From an uncultured Oscillospiraceae bacterium (GTDB lineage Bacteria; Bacillota; Clostridia; Saccharofermentanales; Fastidiosipilaceae): 54,809 nt of DNA. The position numbers and the translations under genes were made by a program. The stretch is from the NCBI GenBank assembly GCA_964401615.1, contig CAYNZF010000001.1, positions 1 to 54,809 of the forward strand. The letters are read 5' to 3'. The notes below the pieces were generated by a model. That model did not search any database and had not been told where the DNA came from. It saw only the letters and a program-made list of their open reading frames with translations. Positions 46,152 through 54,809 of this stretch are shown in pieces (positions within the stretch are counted from its first letter, which is position 1; each line of letters opens with the position of its first letter).

Positions 46152-48005
46152 TTAAGCTTGCTTGCCTGCATTCTGGTCCTCTTGGGTTTTTTTACTCAGA
46201 TCATCGATATTGCGGCCCGACCAGTCCTTGATGCGCGTCGCATTTTCCTGCAAGGCTTCTTTGATTTTTTCCTGCTCCACGTTGCGTTTGATTTTTTTGG
46301 TCGTGGTGCGCACCATGTCTTCGAAGGAATAAACGTAATATTTAATCATTTTAAAACTGGGCATAGCCGCGTTGACGTCAGCCACCAACTTGTCAAGTCG
46401 CTCTTTGATCGTATGCGGTTCCAGGGGCTGTCCCTGCTCATCTTTATATTCTTCAGGGTTGAGCACGAATTTGGCGCTGACAAAGACATCCTGGCCTTCG
46501 CCTTCTCCCCAAACCAGGGAATCCGCCACCAGGCCGGAGCGATTGATGAGATATTCAACTTCTTCCGGGAAAACCTTTTTACCCGTTGGCAGCACGATCA
46601 TCGACTTCACGCGGCCGGTGATGAAAAGACAGCCCTTCTCACCCAGTCGGCCTATGTCACCGGTGTGCAGCCATCCGTCTTCATCGATACTGTCCCGATT
46701 GATCGTCCCGTCATCGTTGAGATAACCCATCATGACAATTCCGCCGCGCACCAAAATTTCGCCTTCTTCACCGGGCTGATTGTTATCGATTGCGACCTCT
46801 GTGTCGGCGATGGGATGTCCGACGGAACCCGGCACGAATATTCGGTGGTTGCAGCCTGCAATGACCGGTGAGGTTTCTGTCATGCCGTAGCCTTGTAGAA
46901 CTTGTACACCGATGTCATCGAAAAAGCTGATGATTTCCGGATTGATGGGCGCCGCGCCGCAGATGCCCTGATAAAATTCTCCACCGAAAGCGCCCAGAAT
47001 CTCTTTGAATATTTTTCGGCGCACATCGATGTGCAGTTTTCTGAGCGTGCGGGTGATTTTAATGCCTTTTTTGACTTTATCGCTTTTGCCGCCCTTCTTA
47101 ATCGCGTCTTGAATTTTTTTATAAAAACTTTCAAAGACCAGGGGGACACCGATAATCAGCTGAATTTTGTATTCCACCATGTTCTGTTGAATATAACGCA
47201 GGCCGTTGCATTCACAAATGGTGCCGCCATAGAAGAGAATCATGAGCAAGCCGCAGGTGTTTTCGAAGGTGTGGTGCAGAGGCAAAATCGACAAGCTGCG
47301 GATGCCGATTTTCCAGTGCACGACTCTGGCCAGGCCGCTGACTTGTACGCAGAAATTACGGTGGTTCAGCATAACCCCTTTGGCCAGGGCGGTGGTGCCG
47401 GACGTATATAGCAGAGTACACATCGCTTCCCGGTCAATTTCGGCTTTGGTGTAACGGGTGTCACCGCTCTCAAGCTTGACCTTGCCCTCGGCCAGTATTT
47501 GGGCCAGGCCCATGAACTTAGCCCCGTTGAGCTCGGATACTTCGCTTTCAAGGGGTGCGTCCAGATTGACATACAAGCGCAGTGAAGGCACCCGGCTTGA
47601 AATCTTCTGCATCATTTCATGGAATTCTTTTCCGTAAAAAATCGCTGCCGGTTTGGAGCGCTGCAGCAGTTCCAGTATTTCGCCTTCAGGCAGCAGCCGG
47701 TCAAGCGGAACCGCTACACCCGCACCGCAGATGACACTCAAATAGCTGAGCGACCAGGGATAAGAGTTTTCTCCAATGATAGAAAAGCGTTCATCTTTAA
47801 GGCCATGGTCGATCAGATATGTCCCCAGAGCTTCCATATCAGCGGCAAAATGGTGATAGCTGATGGATTGAATGGGTGCTTTGATGTTTTCTTTAAACAT
47901 AAAGGCCGGTTCATCAGGGTAGCGGCTGATCGTGCGGTAAAGAATTTCGCGGATGTCCTGAAAATCAGGAACATTGAAATAGGATTTTGTGATCATTTTT
48001 TCCAT
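46152..48005 (-). CDS. AMP-forming acyl-CoA synthetase (long-chain type) with a Lys/Glu-rich C-terminal tail
   Basis: LYTSGTTALAKGV, TGDIG and GRVKS motifs, 617 aa. Confidence 0.85.
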   Translation of the reverse strand: MEKMITKSYFNVPDFQDIREILYRTISRYPDEPAFMFKENIKAPIQSISYHHFAADMEALGTYLIDHGLKDERFSIIGENSYPWSLSYLSVICGAGVAVPLDRLLPEGEILELLQRSKPAAIFYGKEFHEMMQKISSRVPSLRLYVNLDAPLESEVSELNGAKFMGLAQILAEGKVKLESGDTRYTKAEIDREAMCTLLYTSGTTALAKGVMLNHRNFCVQVSGLARVVHWKIGIRSLSILPLHHTFENTCGLLMILFYGGTICECNGLRYIQQNMVEYKIQLIIGVPLVFESFYKKIQDAIKKGGKSDKVKKGIKITRTLRKLHIDVRRKIFKEILGAFGGEFYQGICGAAPINPEIISFFDDIGVQVLQGYGMTETSPVIAGCNHRIFVPGSVGHPIADTEVAIDNNQPGEEGEILVRGGIVMMGYLNDDGTINRDSIDEDGWLHTGDIGRLGEKGCLFITGRVKSMIVLPTGKKVFPEEVEYLINRSGLVADSLVWGEGEGQDVFVSAKFVLNPEEYKDEQGQPLEPHTIKERLDKLVADVNAAMPSFKMIKYYVYSFEDMVRTTTKKIKRNVEQEKIKEALQENATRIKDWSGRNIDDLSKKTQEDQNAGKQA

Positions 48006-48073
48006 TGTTGTTTCTCCCTGTGATGTGTGACCTTAGTCATTGTCCAATGTTCAACGTTTCTCATGGGCGCAGC

Positions 48074-49294
48074 TCAGCTGCTGCTTTCGAGCTGCAGGAT
48101 GCGGTCCAGAATTTCATCGGCGGCTGCACGTTTACTCATGCAGGGCAGACTGATTTCTCCCGTACGGTCAATTAATGTGAGCACATTCGTGTCCACCTCA
48201 AAACCTGCGCCGCTTTCTGACAGTGAATTGGCGCAGATCAAATCCACCTGTTTTTCGTGAAGTTTTTTTCTGGCATTTTCCAGCAGATGCTCAGTCTCCA
48301 TGGCAAAACCACATAAAATTTGACCGGGTCTGCGATCTTTGGCCACGGTGGCCAAAATATCTTCAGTGCGTTTGAGCTGCAAGCTGCTTTCTGTTTCGCC
48401 CGCTTTTTTCTTGATCTTTTCGAGCTGCGGTTCAGACGGTGTAAAATCAGCCACCGCCGCCGCCATGATCAGCAGATCTGCGTCAGGCATTTTTTCATAA
48501 ACGGCTGCTGCCATATCCGCGGCAGACACGACCGAAATAAACTCAAATTGTTCCGGTCTGGCAAGCTGGACCGGTCCGGAAATCAAACTGACATCCGCGC
48601 CTCTCGCGAACGCTGCCTCGGCCAGGGCATAGCCCATTTTTCCGCTTGAATGGTTGCTGATAAACCTGACAGGGTCAATCTTTTCACGGGTCGGCCCTGC
48701 CGTGATGACCACTCGTTTCCCCAGCCAATCTTTTCGGGAATTGAGTTCCATCAGCTCTTTCAGCCACTGGACGATGTCGTCGAGATCCGGCATCTTTCCG
48801 CGGCCGATATCCCCGCATGCCAGCATGCCTGATGCAGGCTCCATGATCTGCCAGCCTCGTGCTCTTAAAATGGAGAGGTTGGCCTGCGTAGCAGCATTCT
48901 CGAACATGTGCGTGTTCATAGCCGGCACGATCAGCTTTGGGCAGGTAGCCGCCAAAACGATATCGGTCAGCATGTCATCCGCCATACCATGAGCAATGCG
49001 GGCAATGAGGTTGGCGGAGGCAGGCGCGATGAGCAGTATATCGGCCGCTTTGGCCAGATCGATATGGGGAATCATTCCCTGAGGGGCTTTATCAAAGCTG
49101 TCATACCAAACCGTTTGCTTTGACATGGTCGTCAGCGCTGCTTCTGTGACGAATTGCGCGGCCGCTTTGGTAATGACGGGGTGGACGATCATGTTCTCTT
49201 TGATCAATAAAGAAACAAGCATCGGCAATTTGTAAGTGGCGATGCTTCCGCCAGCGCCCAAAATGATGGTTTTTCCCGAAAGTAAAGTAGACAT
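48074..49294 (-). CDS. coaBC: bifunctional phosphopantothenoylcysteine decarboxylase / phosphopantothenate-cysteine ligase
   Basis: N-terminal flavoprotein domain (GAGGSIATYK, PAMN) and C-terminal CoaB domain (ISNHSSGKMG). AAGGAGG RBS before ATG 49294. The upstream extension to 49339 is rejected. Confidence 0.9.
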   Translation of the reverse strand: MSTLLSGKTIILGAGGSIATYKLPMLVSLLIKENMIVHPVITKAAAQFVTEAALTTMSKQTVWYDSFDKAPQGMIPHIDLAKAADILLIAPASANLIARIAHGMADDMLTDIVLAATCPKLIVPAMNTHMFENAATQANLSILRARGWQIMEPASGMLACGDIGRGKMPDLDDIVQWLKELMELNSRKDWLGKRVVITAGPTREKIDPVRFISNHSSGKMGYALAEAAFARGADVSLISGPVQLARPEQFEFISVVSAADMAAAVYEKMPDADLLIMAAAVADFTPSEPQLEKIKKKAGETESSLQLKRTEDILATVAKDRRPGQILCGFAMETEHLLENARKKLHEKQVDLICANSLSESGAGFEVDTNVLTLIDRTGEISLPCMSKRAAADEILDRILQLESSS

Positions 49295-49515
49295 AAGCCT
49301 CCTTGCAAAGAAAAAGCGTTGTAGACAAACTTGATGCATAAGTCGCCCGCGCTACAAAAGGACTGTTTATGCAAACATTTTAGCATTAAATTACGTGAGA
49401 ATGTTTTGGAAACGATCATCCGGCTTGTTTTTTTAAGCTTTTTTAATATATGCTTAAGCGGTAAATCCACATTTTACAGCGCTGTATCCTGAGGGAACGG
49501 CAGCAGGAGGTAAAC

Positions 49516-50202
49516 ATGGAATCTGAAAGACATCCCCTTATCAACCCCGCTCAGCAGAGAATCAAACTAAAACGGCAAGTGATATTTTCACTATTTGTAG
49601 CCATTATTCTTTTGCTTAGCTTCACGCCTCTCGGTTTTATCCAATTGGTTTTTATCAAAGCGACGAGCGTTCACATCCCCGTCATTCTCGGCGGGCTGCT
49701 GCTCGGTCCGGCTTATGGTGCCGCGCTCGGCGCGGTCTTCGGCTTGACCTCGCTCATCAACAACAGCATCAACCCAAGTCTGCTGTCGTTCTGCTTTTCA
49801 CCGCTCATTCCGGTACCGGGAACGGCGAGCGGTTCGGCCCTCGCTTTGATCATTGCTTTCGGTCCAAGAATATTGACCGGATTTTTACCCGCGCTGCTCA
49901 TGCAGGCCTTTAAAAAAGTGATGAATAAACGCGGCAAAGCCCTTACGCCTGTTCACCTGGGTATAGCGGGAGCGGTCCTGGGAGGATCGGGTGCCATGTT
50001 CAACACCATTCCGGTGATGACATTGATCTATCTCTTTTTTGCCCCGGCCCTGGCACAACTTAAAGGGTTGAGTGGTGACGCGGTGCTGAGCTTTGTCCTT
50101 GGTGTGATTTCCACCAACGGTATCCCTGAAATGATCGTTTCGGGAGTTTTTTCCGCAATCGCTTTGCCGATTTTGTATCGCTTCACCATTAAGAATAATT
50201 GA
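49516..50202 (+). CDS. ECF transporter S component, candidate pantothenate-specific (PanT-like) by context
   Basis: 228 aa, 6 TM. AGGAGG RBS. It lies immediately upstream of coaX and divergent from coaBC. Confidence 0.65.
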   Translation: MESERHPLINPAQQRIKLKRQVIFSLFVAIILLLSFTPLGFIQLVFIKATSVHIPVILGGLLLGPAYGAALGAVFGLTSLINNSINPSLLSFCFSPLIPVPGTASGSALALIIAFGPRILTGFLPALLMQAFKKVMNKRGKALTPVHLGIAGAVLGGSGAMFNTIPVMTLIYLFFAPALAQLKGLSGDAVLSFVLGVISTNGIPEMIVSGVFSAIALPILYRFTIKNN

Positions 50203-50212
50203 GGTTAGAGCC

Positions 50213-50989
50213 ATGATTCTTGTCATCGACGTGGGAAACAGCCACATTGTCATTGGTCTTATGACCGCTCAGAAAGTGGTGAAAAGCATGCGCTGCGCGA
50301 CGGATAAAAATAAAACGTCCGACGAGTTCGCTTTTCTGATTCACGATTTTCTCGCGATTCACAGTGTAGATAAAAATCTGATAAACGGTGCCATTATTTC
50401 TTCGGTCGTGCCGCACATGAGGGCTTCACTGTCCAAAGCGATCAAGACCATCACCGGGCTCGAATCTCTGGTGGTTGGTCCGGGCTTGAAAACCGGTCTG
50501 AACATCCGTATCGATAATCCCGCTGAATTGGGTTCAGACCTCGTGGTGGACGCGATTGCAGCGCTCGCCGAATACCCCGCGCCCCTGATCGTTATTGACA
50601 TGGGTACAGCGACCACCTTCTCTGTCATCGACCGTGAACAGCGCTACCAGGGAGGCATGATTATTCCCGGGTTGGCGATTTCTGTGGAAGCTCTGGTCTC
50701 CGGCACTTCACAGCTGCGCAATATCGACTTGTCTGCGCCCGAGCAGCTCATCGGAAAAAACACCGTCAACTGCATGAAGTCAGGCGCGATTCATGGTCAG
50801 GCGGCCATGATTGACGGCTTAATCCAGCGCATTGAAGCTGAAATGGGCGAAAGGTGCACCCGTGTGGCGACGGGAGGACTTGTTTCGGCGGTAATGGACT
50901 TTTGCCATGAGGAATTGATTTATGACCGTTATCTGCTTTTGAAAGGTTTAGCTCTGCTCTACGAAAAAAACACCGAAGTCAAAGCATAA
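50213..50989 (+). CDS. coaX: type III pantothenate kinase
   Basis: The N-terminal ILVIDVGNSHIVIG phosphate-1 motif and the DMGTATT motif belong to the ASKHA fold. Confidence 0.9.
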   Translation: MILVIDVGNSHIVIGLMTAQKVVKSMRCATDKNKTSDEFAFLIHDFLAIHSVDKNLINGAIISSVVPHMRASLSKAIKTITGLESLVVGPGLKTGLNIRIDNPAELGSDLVVDAIAALAEYPAPLIVIDMGTATTFSVIDREQRYQGGMIIPGLAISVEALVSGTSQLRNIDLSAPEQLIGKNTVNCMKSGAIHGQAAMIDGLIQRIEAEMGERCTRVATGGLVSAVMDFCHEELIYDRYLLLKGLALLYEKNTEVKA

Positions 50990-50993
50990 AAAA

Positions 50994-51019
50994 GGCGGGC
51001 AAGCGCCCGTCTTTTTTTT
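50994..51019 (+). terminator. intrinsic terminator after coaX
   Basis: GGCGGGC-aagc-GCCCGTC followed by TTTTTTTT. The preceding A-run may make it bidirectional. Confidence 0.8.
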
Positions 51020-51036
51020 CTTGATTTTCGTGGTCT

Positions 51037-51903
51037 TTATTTTTTCACTTCCAATTTAACGCGCTTGACCAGAAAATACTGCAGTATCGTCGACACCACC
51101 AGGACCAGGATTGATAAACCGACAAATTCCAGGAAACTGACTTTGTCCATATTCAGCATGGGATAGAGCAAGACCAGAGAAAGTAGCATGAAGATCATAT
51201 TGATGCGTTTCTTGGTCTCTGCCGGGAAACTGAGTTTACTGCCACAATGAGCGCAGGTGAAATCCATCATGCCGGGCGTGTAATTTTTCCAGGACGCCGT
51301 CATTTCGTGATTGCATTCAGCCCTTTTCTTTTCTTCAGCGGACAAGGCAGCTGCAGCTGAGTTGTCGGAGTTCTGATAAAGTGTGCCGTTGGCCTCAGCA
51401 TTGAGTTTTTCGTAATGCTTGTAGAGCGCTTGCAGCTCTGCTTGCTCGGCCGTCAACTCGGCAGTTTCGTCATGCTCTTCCTTTTCTTGAGCCTTCTCCC
51501 TGGCAACACGATCGAGTTCGGCTTGTTTTTTAGCGCGCGCCGCGATGGTCTGTTCATCGATTTCAAAAGCAGCCCAACGGTTCATGGCTGCCGCACCGAT
51601 GATGTAGATAATGATCACTCCAACCATCACGGCAAAATTCCGCACCATTTCATCTGTGCTTGTCGCCTTCTGACTCAAAACCGTATAAATCAAATAAGCC
51701 AGTAAAAGGTAATACCAGACTTTGCCGACAACGGACCAAATCCGGTCGTATGCGATTGGCTCACCGCACGTTTCACAGTCAAAACGGCCGGTCGTCCTCA
51801 TCAGATGTGAGAATTTCAGAGCCGGACGGTGGACATGAGCCTCGTGGAGCCCTTTATTTTCAGTGTTATTCGGCCCCGTGGGGCTGTGGTTTTCATTTTG
51901 CAT
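51037..51903 (-). CDS. membrane protein with two CxxC...CxxC-type zinc-ribbon segments and a central Glu/Ala/Lys coiled coil, function unknown
   Basis: 288 aa with CETCGEPI and CAHCGSKL pairs, each followed by TM helices. GGGAGGAA RBS. Confidence 0.6.
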   Translation of the reverse strand: MQNENHSPTGPNNTENKGLHEAHVHRPALKFSHLMRTTGRFDCETCGEPIAYDRIWSVVGKVWYYLLLAYLIYTVLSQKATSTDEMVRNFAVMVGVIIIYIIGAAAMNRWAAFEIDEQTIAARAKKQAELDRVAREKAQEKEEHDETAELTAEQAELQALYKHYEKLNAEANGTLYQNSDNSAAAALSAEEKKRAECNHEMTASWKNYTPGMMDFTCAHCGSKLSFPAETKKRINMIFMLLSLVLLYPMLNMDKVSFLEFVGLSILVLVVSTILQYFLVKRVKLEVKK

Positions 51904-51930
51904 CGAATTTCCTCCCGAACATGCGGTTAT

Positions 51931-52683
51931 TTAAAGAACAGTATCATTTTTTCTGAAATCTGCAAGCCTTGCTTTGTATGCCGCCTGCAAAGTCGCTTCA
52001 AAAGGCAGCTCAATTTCTCCTTTACCCATTCTTCGCAGCCACAGCTTCGTGAAATCAGGATTTGTGATCAATAGCGGACCGATCAAATAGGTGCAAATCA
52101 CGTTTTTATAGACATAACCTTCCTCAGCTTGTTTTTTATTCAAGCCGAAACCCTTCTCCGTTTGGCAAAAACACCCCGGATCCGCGGCCTCTTCAGTAAA
52201 GTAACACTGCGAAAACTGGGTCTTGAAGCCCACGATGGAGTCGTCTAAATCGTTTTGCCGCGCTTCACTTTTTAATTTTTCGCACAGCTGCCCGAGAAAA
52301 AAGCAGTTGAGCCGCTGCTGCATTTGGCGTTTGGCCATGAAAGGAAAGATTCCCAGCGCCTCGATGCTGCGGCCGTCACCACAGTCAATTGCCTGGCCCA
52401 GGACCTCCATCGCGTTACCGGTGAACAAGGCAAAACATCCAGTGTCAAATCGATTTTTCAGCTCCACACGGTAAGGCAGCAAAGCATGGATTATTTTTTC
52501 CTGTGCGCGTTCGCTCATCGCGCCCATGAACATCAAATCCACATCGCGATGGCTGAAAGCCGGAATGTCCGCCAAGCTCGTTTCCACAAATTCAGCGTCC
52601 GCGAACAGACTTTTTATGAAGCGCACGTGGCCCGATTCTCCATATAAATTACTTAACTCCGGATATAAGAATTCAATCAACAT
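51931..52683 (-). CDS. GatD-like (CobQ-type glutamine amidotransferase fold) partner of MurT, apparently lacking catalytic Cys/His
   Basis: ATG 52683 overlaps the MurT stop by 11 nt. It aligns by eye to GatD blocks (DLMFMGAMSERAQ, IEALGIFPF, IVGFK, YKNVICTYLIGP). The ORF-track N-terminal extension to 52809 runs inside murT. Confidence 0.65.
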   Translation of the reverse strand: MLIEFLYPELSNLYGESGHVRFIKSLFADAEFVETSLADIPAFSHRDVDLMFMGAMSERAQEKIIHALLPYRVELKNRFDTGCFALFTGNAMEVLGQAIDCGDGRSIEALGIFPFMAKRQMQQRLNCFFLGQLCEKLKSEARQNDLDDSIVGFKTQFSQCYFTEEAADPGCFCQTEKGFGLNKKQAEEGYVYKNVICTYLIGPLLITNPDFTKLWLRRMGKGEIELPFEATLQAAYKARLADFRKNDTVL

Positions 52684-54109
52684 GTTCAATCTCCCCGGCG
52701 GCTGCGACGGTTTTTCCTTCAGCCAGATATCTCTGCATCCGAGCAGTGATCGGAGCCTGCAGCGCGGCGGCCTGAGCGGTCGTTTCGGTATCGTAAAGAA
52801 CATAAACATGACGAACCCGACTCAAGTCCAGCAGCTCCGGGCTCTCTGCAATTTTTCGGCAAAGCATGATGCGATCTTCAGGCACACCGCCAAACAGTAA
52901 GGCCGCCTTCAGATCTTGATTCTGTTTTCCGACAGCGACGATTTGAGAGACTCTATCCACAGCCAGGTACTGAAAATCCGTGTCATAATACCAGGCGGTC
53001 ATGACTACATTACGTTCCTGCGGCTCCACTTCGTGGTTCATGATGATAAGACCCATAGGGCCCTCTTGTTTACGTATGTAGTCAAATACGCGCGATGTGG
53101 CGATGGGATTGCTGCCTTTGGCCATCATCAGTGTAAGTGTGAAATCACCCACTATACTGCGATTGAAGCGCGATTTTGTGACAGCCAATCCGCCCAGAAG
53201 TTCGCGAATGCGGCTGCGCTCGATACCGAGCTGCGCGAGCAGACTGATAGCGGCCAGTGCGTTGTAGACGTCGGTATCATTGTTGACGGCAAAACGAAAA
53301 TCGCTCACTTCCCCGCCATATCCTACCGACATCGTCCCGGCTGCGAAATCGGCAGAAACTGCCCTGTACTCCGGCTCAGGACTGCTGAAACCACAGTGCT
53401 CACAGTGATAGCGGCCAATGTGATGATAACGGATGTAATCCTGGATCAGCTTGTAGTCGCAGACCGGACAGTTCCGGCCATCTTGAACCGTCGATCGGCG
53501 TTCTTCGCGTTCACCCGGCAGCGGGTCCACTGCGTAGTAGTGCCGCGGGTTATCGGGTTTAAGTCCTGAACTCTCTAAATCATCCGCATTAAGCAGCAGT
53601 GTCGTCGTATCGGGGATGAAGCGGTTCAAAAAATCCGCTATAAAATCAACGTGACCATTGTTTTTGTATGAATCACGATATAAATTTGTGACCACAAGAT
53701 ACTGTGGCTTGACGTATTTAAAGATTTTATCCGTACTCTTTTCATCCACTTCCAGCAGCGCAAAATCGCATTTCGCCTTCCCGCTCCATGAAGTGCAGCC
53801 CAGTAATAAGGAGATCGTCGCGGCCACTTTGTTTGATCCGGCCACATTCGAGCAAAAATTATATCCAAGCTGCGTAAAACAATCCGCAAGCAGATTGGTG
53901 ACCGTCGTCTTTCCATTGGTGCCGGTAACGGCGATGATGGTTTTCGGCAGCTCGATCATTCCTAAAAAATCGGGGCAGATTTGATAAACGAATTTTCCCG
54001 GATAAAAAACATTTTTTCCGAGCAAACCGAGTGCAAAATGGCTCAACTTTCCCACCAGCATCGCCATATAATAACGAAAATTTTTCTTCAATCTTTTGAC
54101 CACTTTCAT
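52673..54109 (-). CDS. MurT-like Mur-ligase-family protein (Mur ligase central domain plus Cys4 ribbon plus DUF1727-like C-terminus)
   Basis: ATP loop GTNGKTT and Cys4 ribbon CPVCDYKL...CEHCGF. The start is uncertain: ATG 54109 is preferred over 54145, which overlaps a TATAAT box. Confidence 0.75.
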   Translation of the reverse strand: MKVVKRLKKNFRYYMAMLVGKLSHFALGLLGKNVFYPGKFVYQICPDFLGMIELPKTIIAVTGTNGKTTVTNLLADCFTQLGYNFCSNVAGSNKVAATISLLLGCTSWSGKAKCDFALLEVDEKSTDKIFKYVKPQYLVVTNLYRDSYKNNGHVDFIADFLNRFIPDTTTLLLNADDLESSGLKPDNPRHYYAVDPLPGEREERRSTVQDGRNCPVCDYKLIQDYIRYHHIGRYHCEHCGFSSPEPEYRAVSADFAAGTMSVGYGGEVSDFRFAVNNDTDVYNALAAISLLAQLGIERSRIRELLGGLAVTKSRFNRSIVGDFTLTLMMAKGSNPIATSRVFDYIRKQEGPMGLIIMNHEVEPQERNVVMTAWYYDTDFQYLAVDRVSQIVAVGKQNQDLKAALLFGGVPEDRIMLCRKIAESPELLDLSRVRHVYVLYDTETTAQAAALQAPITARMQRYLAEGKTVAAAGEIEHVD

Positions 54110-54279
54110 TACAAACTGGAACCATGTTCCAAACACAAATAGCATTATAACTTACATTGTCGTGTGAAACAGCTTTGCCGCGGTCATACTTCGGCATTCG
54201 AGTAGAAAATTCGAGAAAATCAAGCCATTAATATTTATTATTCAATTACACAAGTTGGGAAAACTGTGACGTCAGGCAC

Positions 54280-54308
54280 TTGACGCCTCATACTTAACAA
54301 TCTAATAT
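54280..54308 (+). promoter_or_regulatory. candidate promoter of the rnf operon
   Basis: TTGACG (54280-54285), 17-nt spacer, TAATAT (54303-54308). Confidence 0.5.
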
Positions 54309-54427
54309 TCTTTTGACAGTTTGCATTAAATTGTTAGTTTTTTAACGATTTGATTTATGCATTTCAACCGACCATTTTTTATCAATATTTCAACTATCGA
54401 TTTAACTACAAAAGAGGGGTGGCATAA

Positions 54428-54809
54428 TTGTTAAAAGCGATTAAAAGCATCAGAGGCGGAATTCATCCGCCTGAAAACAAACGCACGGCGGACCATGAAA
54501 CTGAGGTCCTGCCCATTCCCGCATCGGTTACTATCCCAATGCGGCAGCACATCGGAGCAGAATGTAAACCCACGGTCAAGAAGGGCGACTACGTCTATGT
54601 CGGTCAAATCATCGGTGACTCGGATGCGGCCCTGTCTGTGCCCATTCACGCTTCCGTATCGGGCACAGTTGATGCCGTCAGACCTGAACCCGCTGCGAAC
54701 GGCGAGCGTATCATGTCTGTCATCATCAAAGCGGATGGCTTGCAAGCCAAGGATCCGAGCTTAAGTCCTGTCACGACCACAGATCCTGCCGAAATGATCG
54801 CTGCGGTCC
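54428..54809 (+). CDS. rnfC: electron transport complex (Rnf) subunit C, N-terminal fragment running off the window
   Basis: My own translation from TTG 54428 (GAGGGG RBS 8 nt upstream) gives MLKAIKSIRGGIHPPENKRTADHETEVLPIP...GDYVYVGQIIG..., the typical RnfC N-terminus. It is absent from the ORF track because no stop lies in the window. Confidence 0.8.
   Translation, partial: MLKAIKSIRGGIHPPENKRTADHETEVLPIPASVTIPMRQHIGAECKPTVKKGDYVYVGQIIGDSDAALSVPIHASVSGTVDAVRPEPAANGERIMSVIIKADGLQAKDPSLSPVTTTDPAEMIAAV

Noticed and set aside
46110-46871. 253-aa plus-strand ORF opposite the acyl-CoA synthetase gene
   Set aside because: It is a shadow ORF. AMP-binding motifs are on the minus strand.
52684-52809. 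N-terminal extension of the GatD-like ORF
   Set aside because: It runs inside the MurT-like coding region. ATG 52683 gives the typical overlapping murT-gatD junction and a ~250-aa product.
52916-53569. 217-aa plus-strand ORF opposite the MurT-like gene
   Set aside because: It is a shadow ORF. The Mur ligase motifs are on the minus strand.
54431-54764. ORF-track entries 54431-54745 (minus) and 54495-54764 (plus)
   Set aside because: Both are out-of-frame shadows of the RnfC N-terminal coding sequence.

Overview
This looks like a Firmicutes/Clostridia-type chromosomal segment, judged from Gram-positive SD sites, a T-box leader, Rnf, MurT/GatD, a CBS-pyrophosphatase and ECF S components. It is densely coding, with about 50 CDS, one tRNA-Pro(UGG) and one T-box leader. 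I found no CRISPR array, cas gene, transposase, integrase or phage module. Content is mostly housekeeping and catabolic: PepF-like peptidase, cdd, an MMPL+YhgE pair, ABC-F ATPase, hpt, metY, a PF04392-type ABC importer, pirin, PepV, two acyl-CoA ligases, coaBC/PanT-like/coaX, and a 5'-truncated-by-window rnfC that is missing from the ORF track. Four things deserve a second look. (1) A roughly 600-nt non-coding unit on the minus strand runs from a near-consensus promoter to a strong terminator directly upstream of hpt, and it is strikingly U-poor and purine-rich. (2) A long DeoR-linked minus-strand gene cluster joins a complete acetoin/2-oxoacid-dehydrogenase-type complex (fused E1 alpha-beta, E2, E3) to sugar-phosphate-type dehydrogenases, a RhaB-like kinase and a PHP hydrolase. 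(3) A MurT/GatD-like pair has a GatD subunit that appears to lack the Cys/His glutaminase residues. (4) A YkpA/YbiT-like ABC-F protein has one coherently degenerate ATP site. All family assignments come from motif reading and memory, not database searches.
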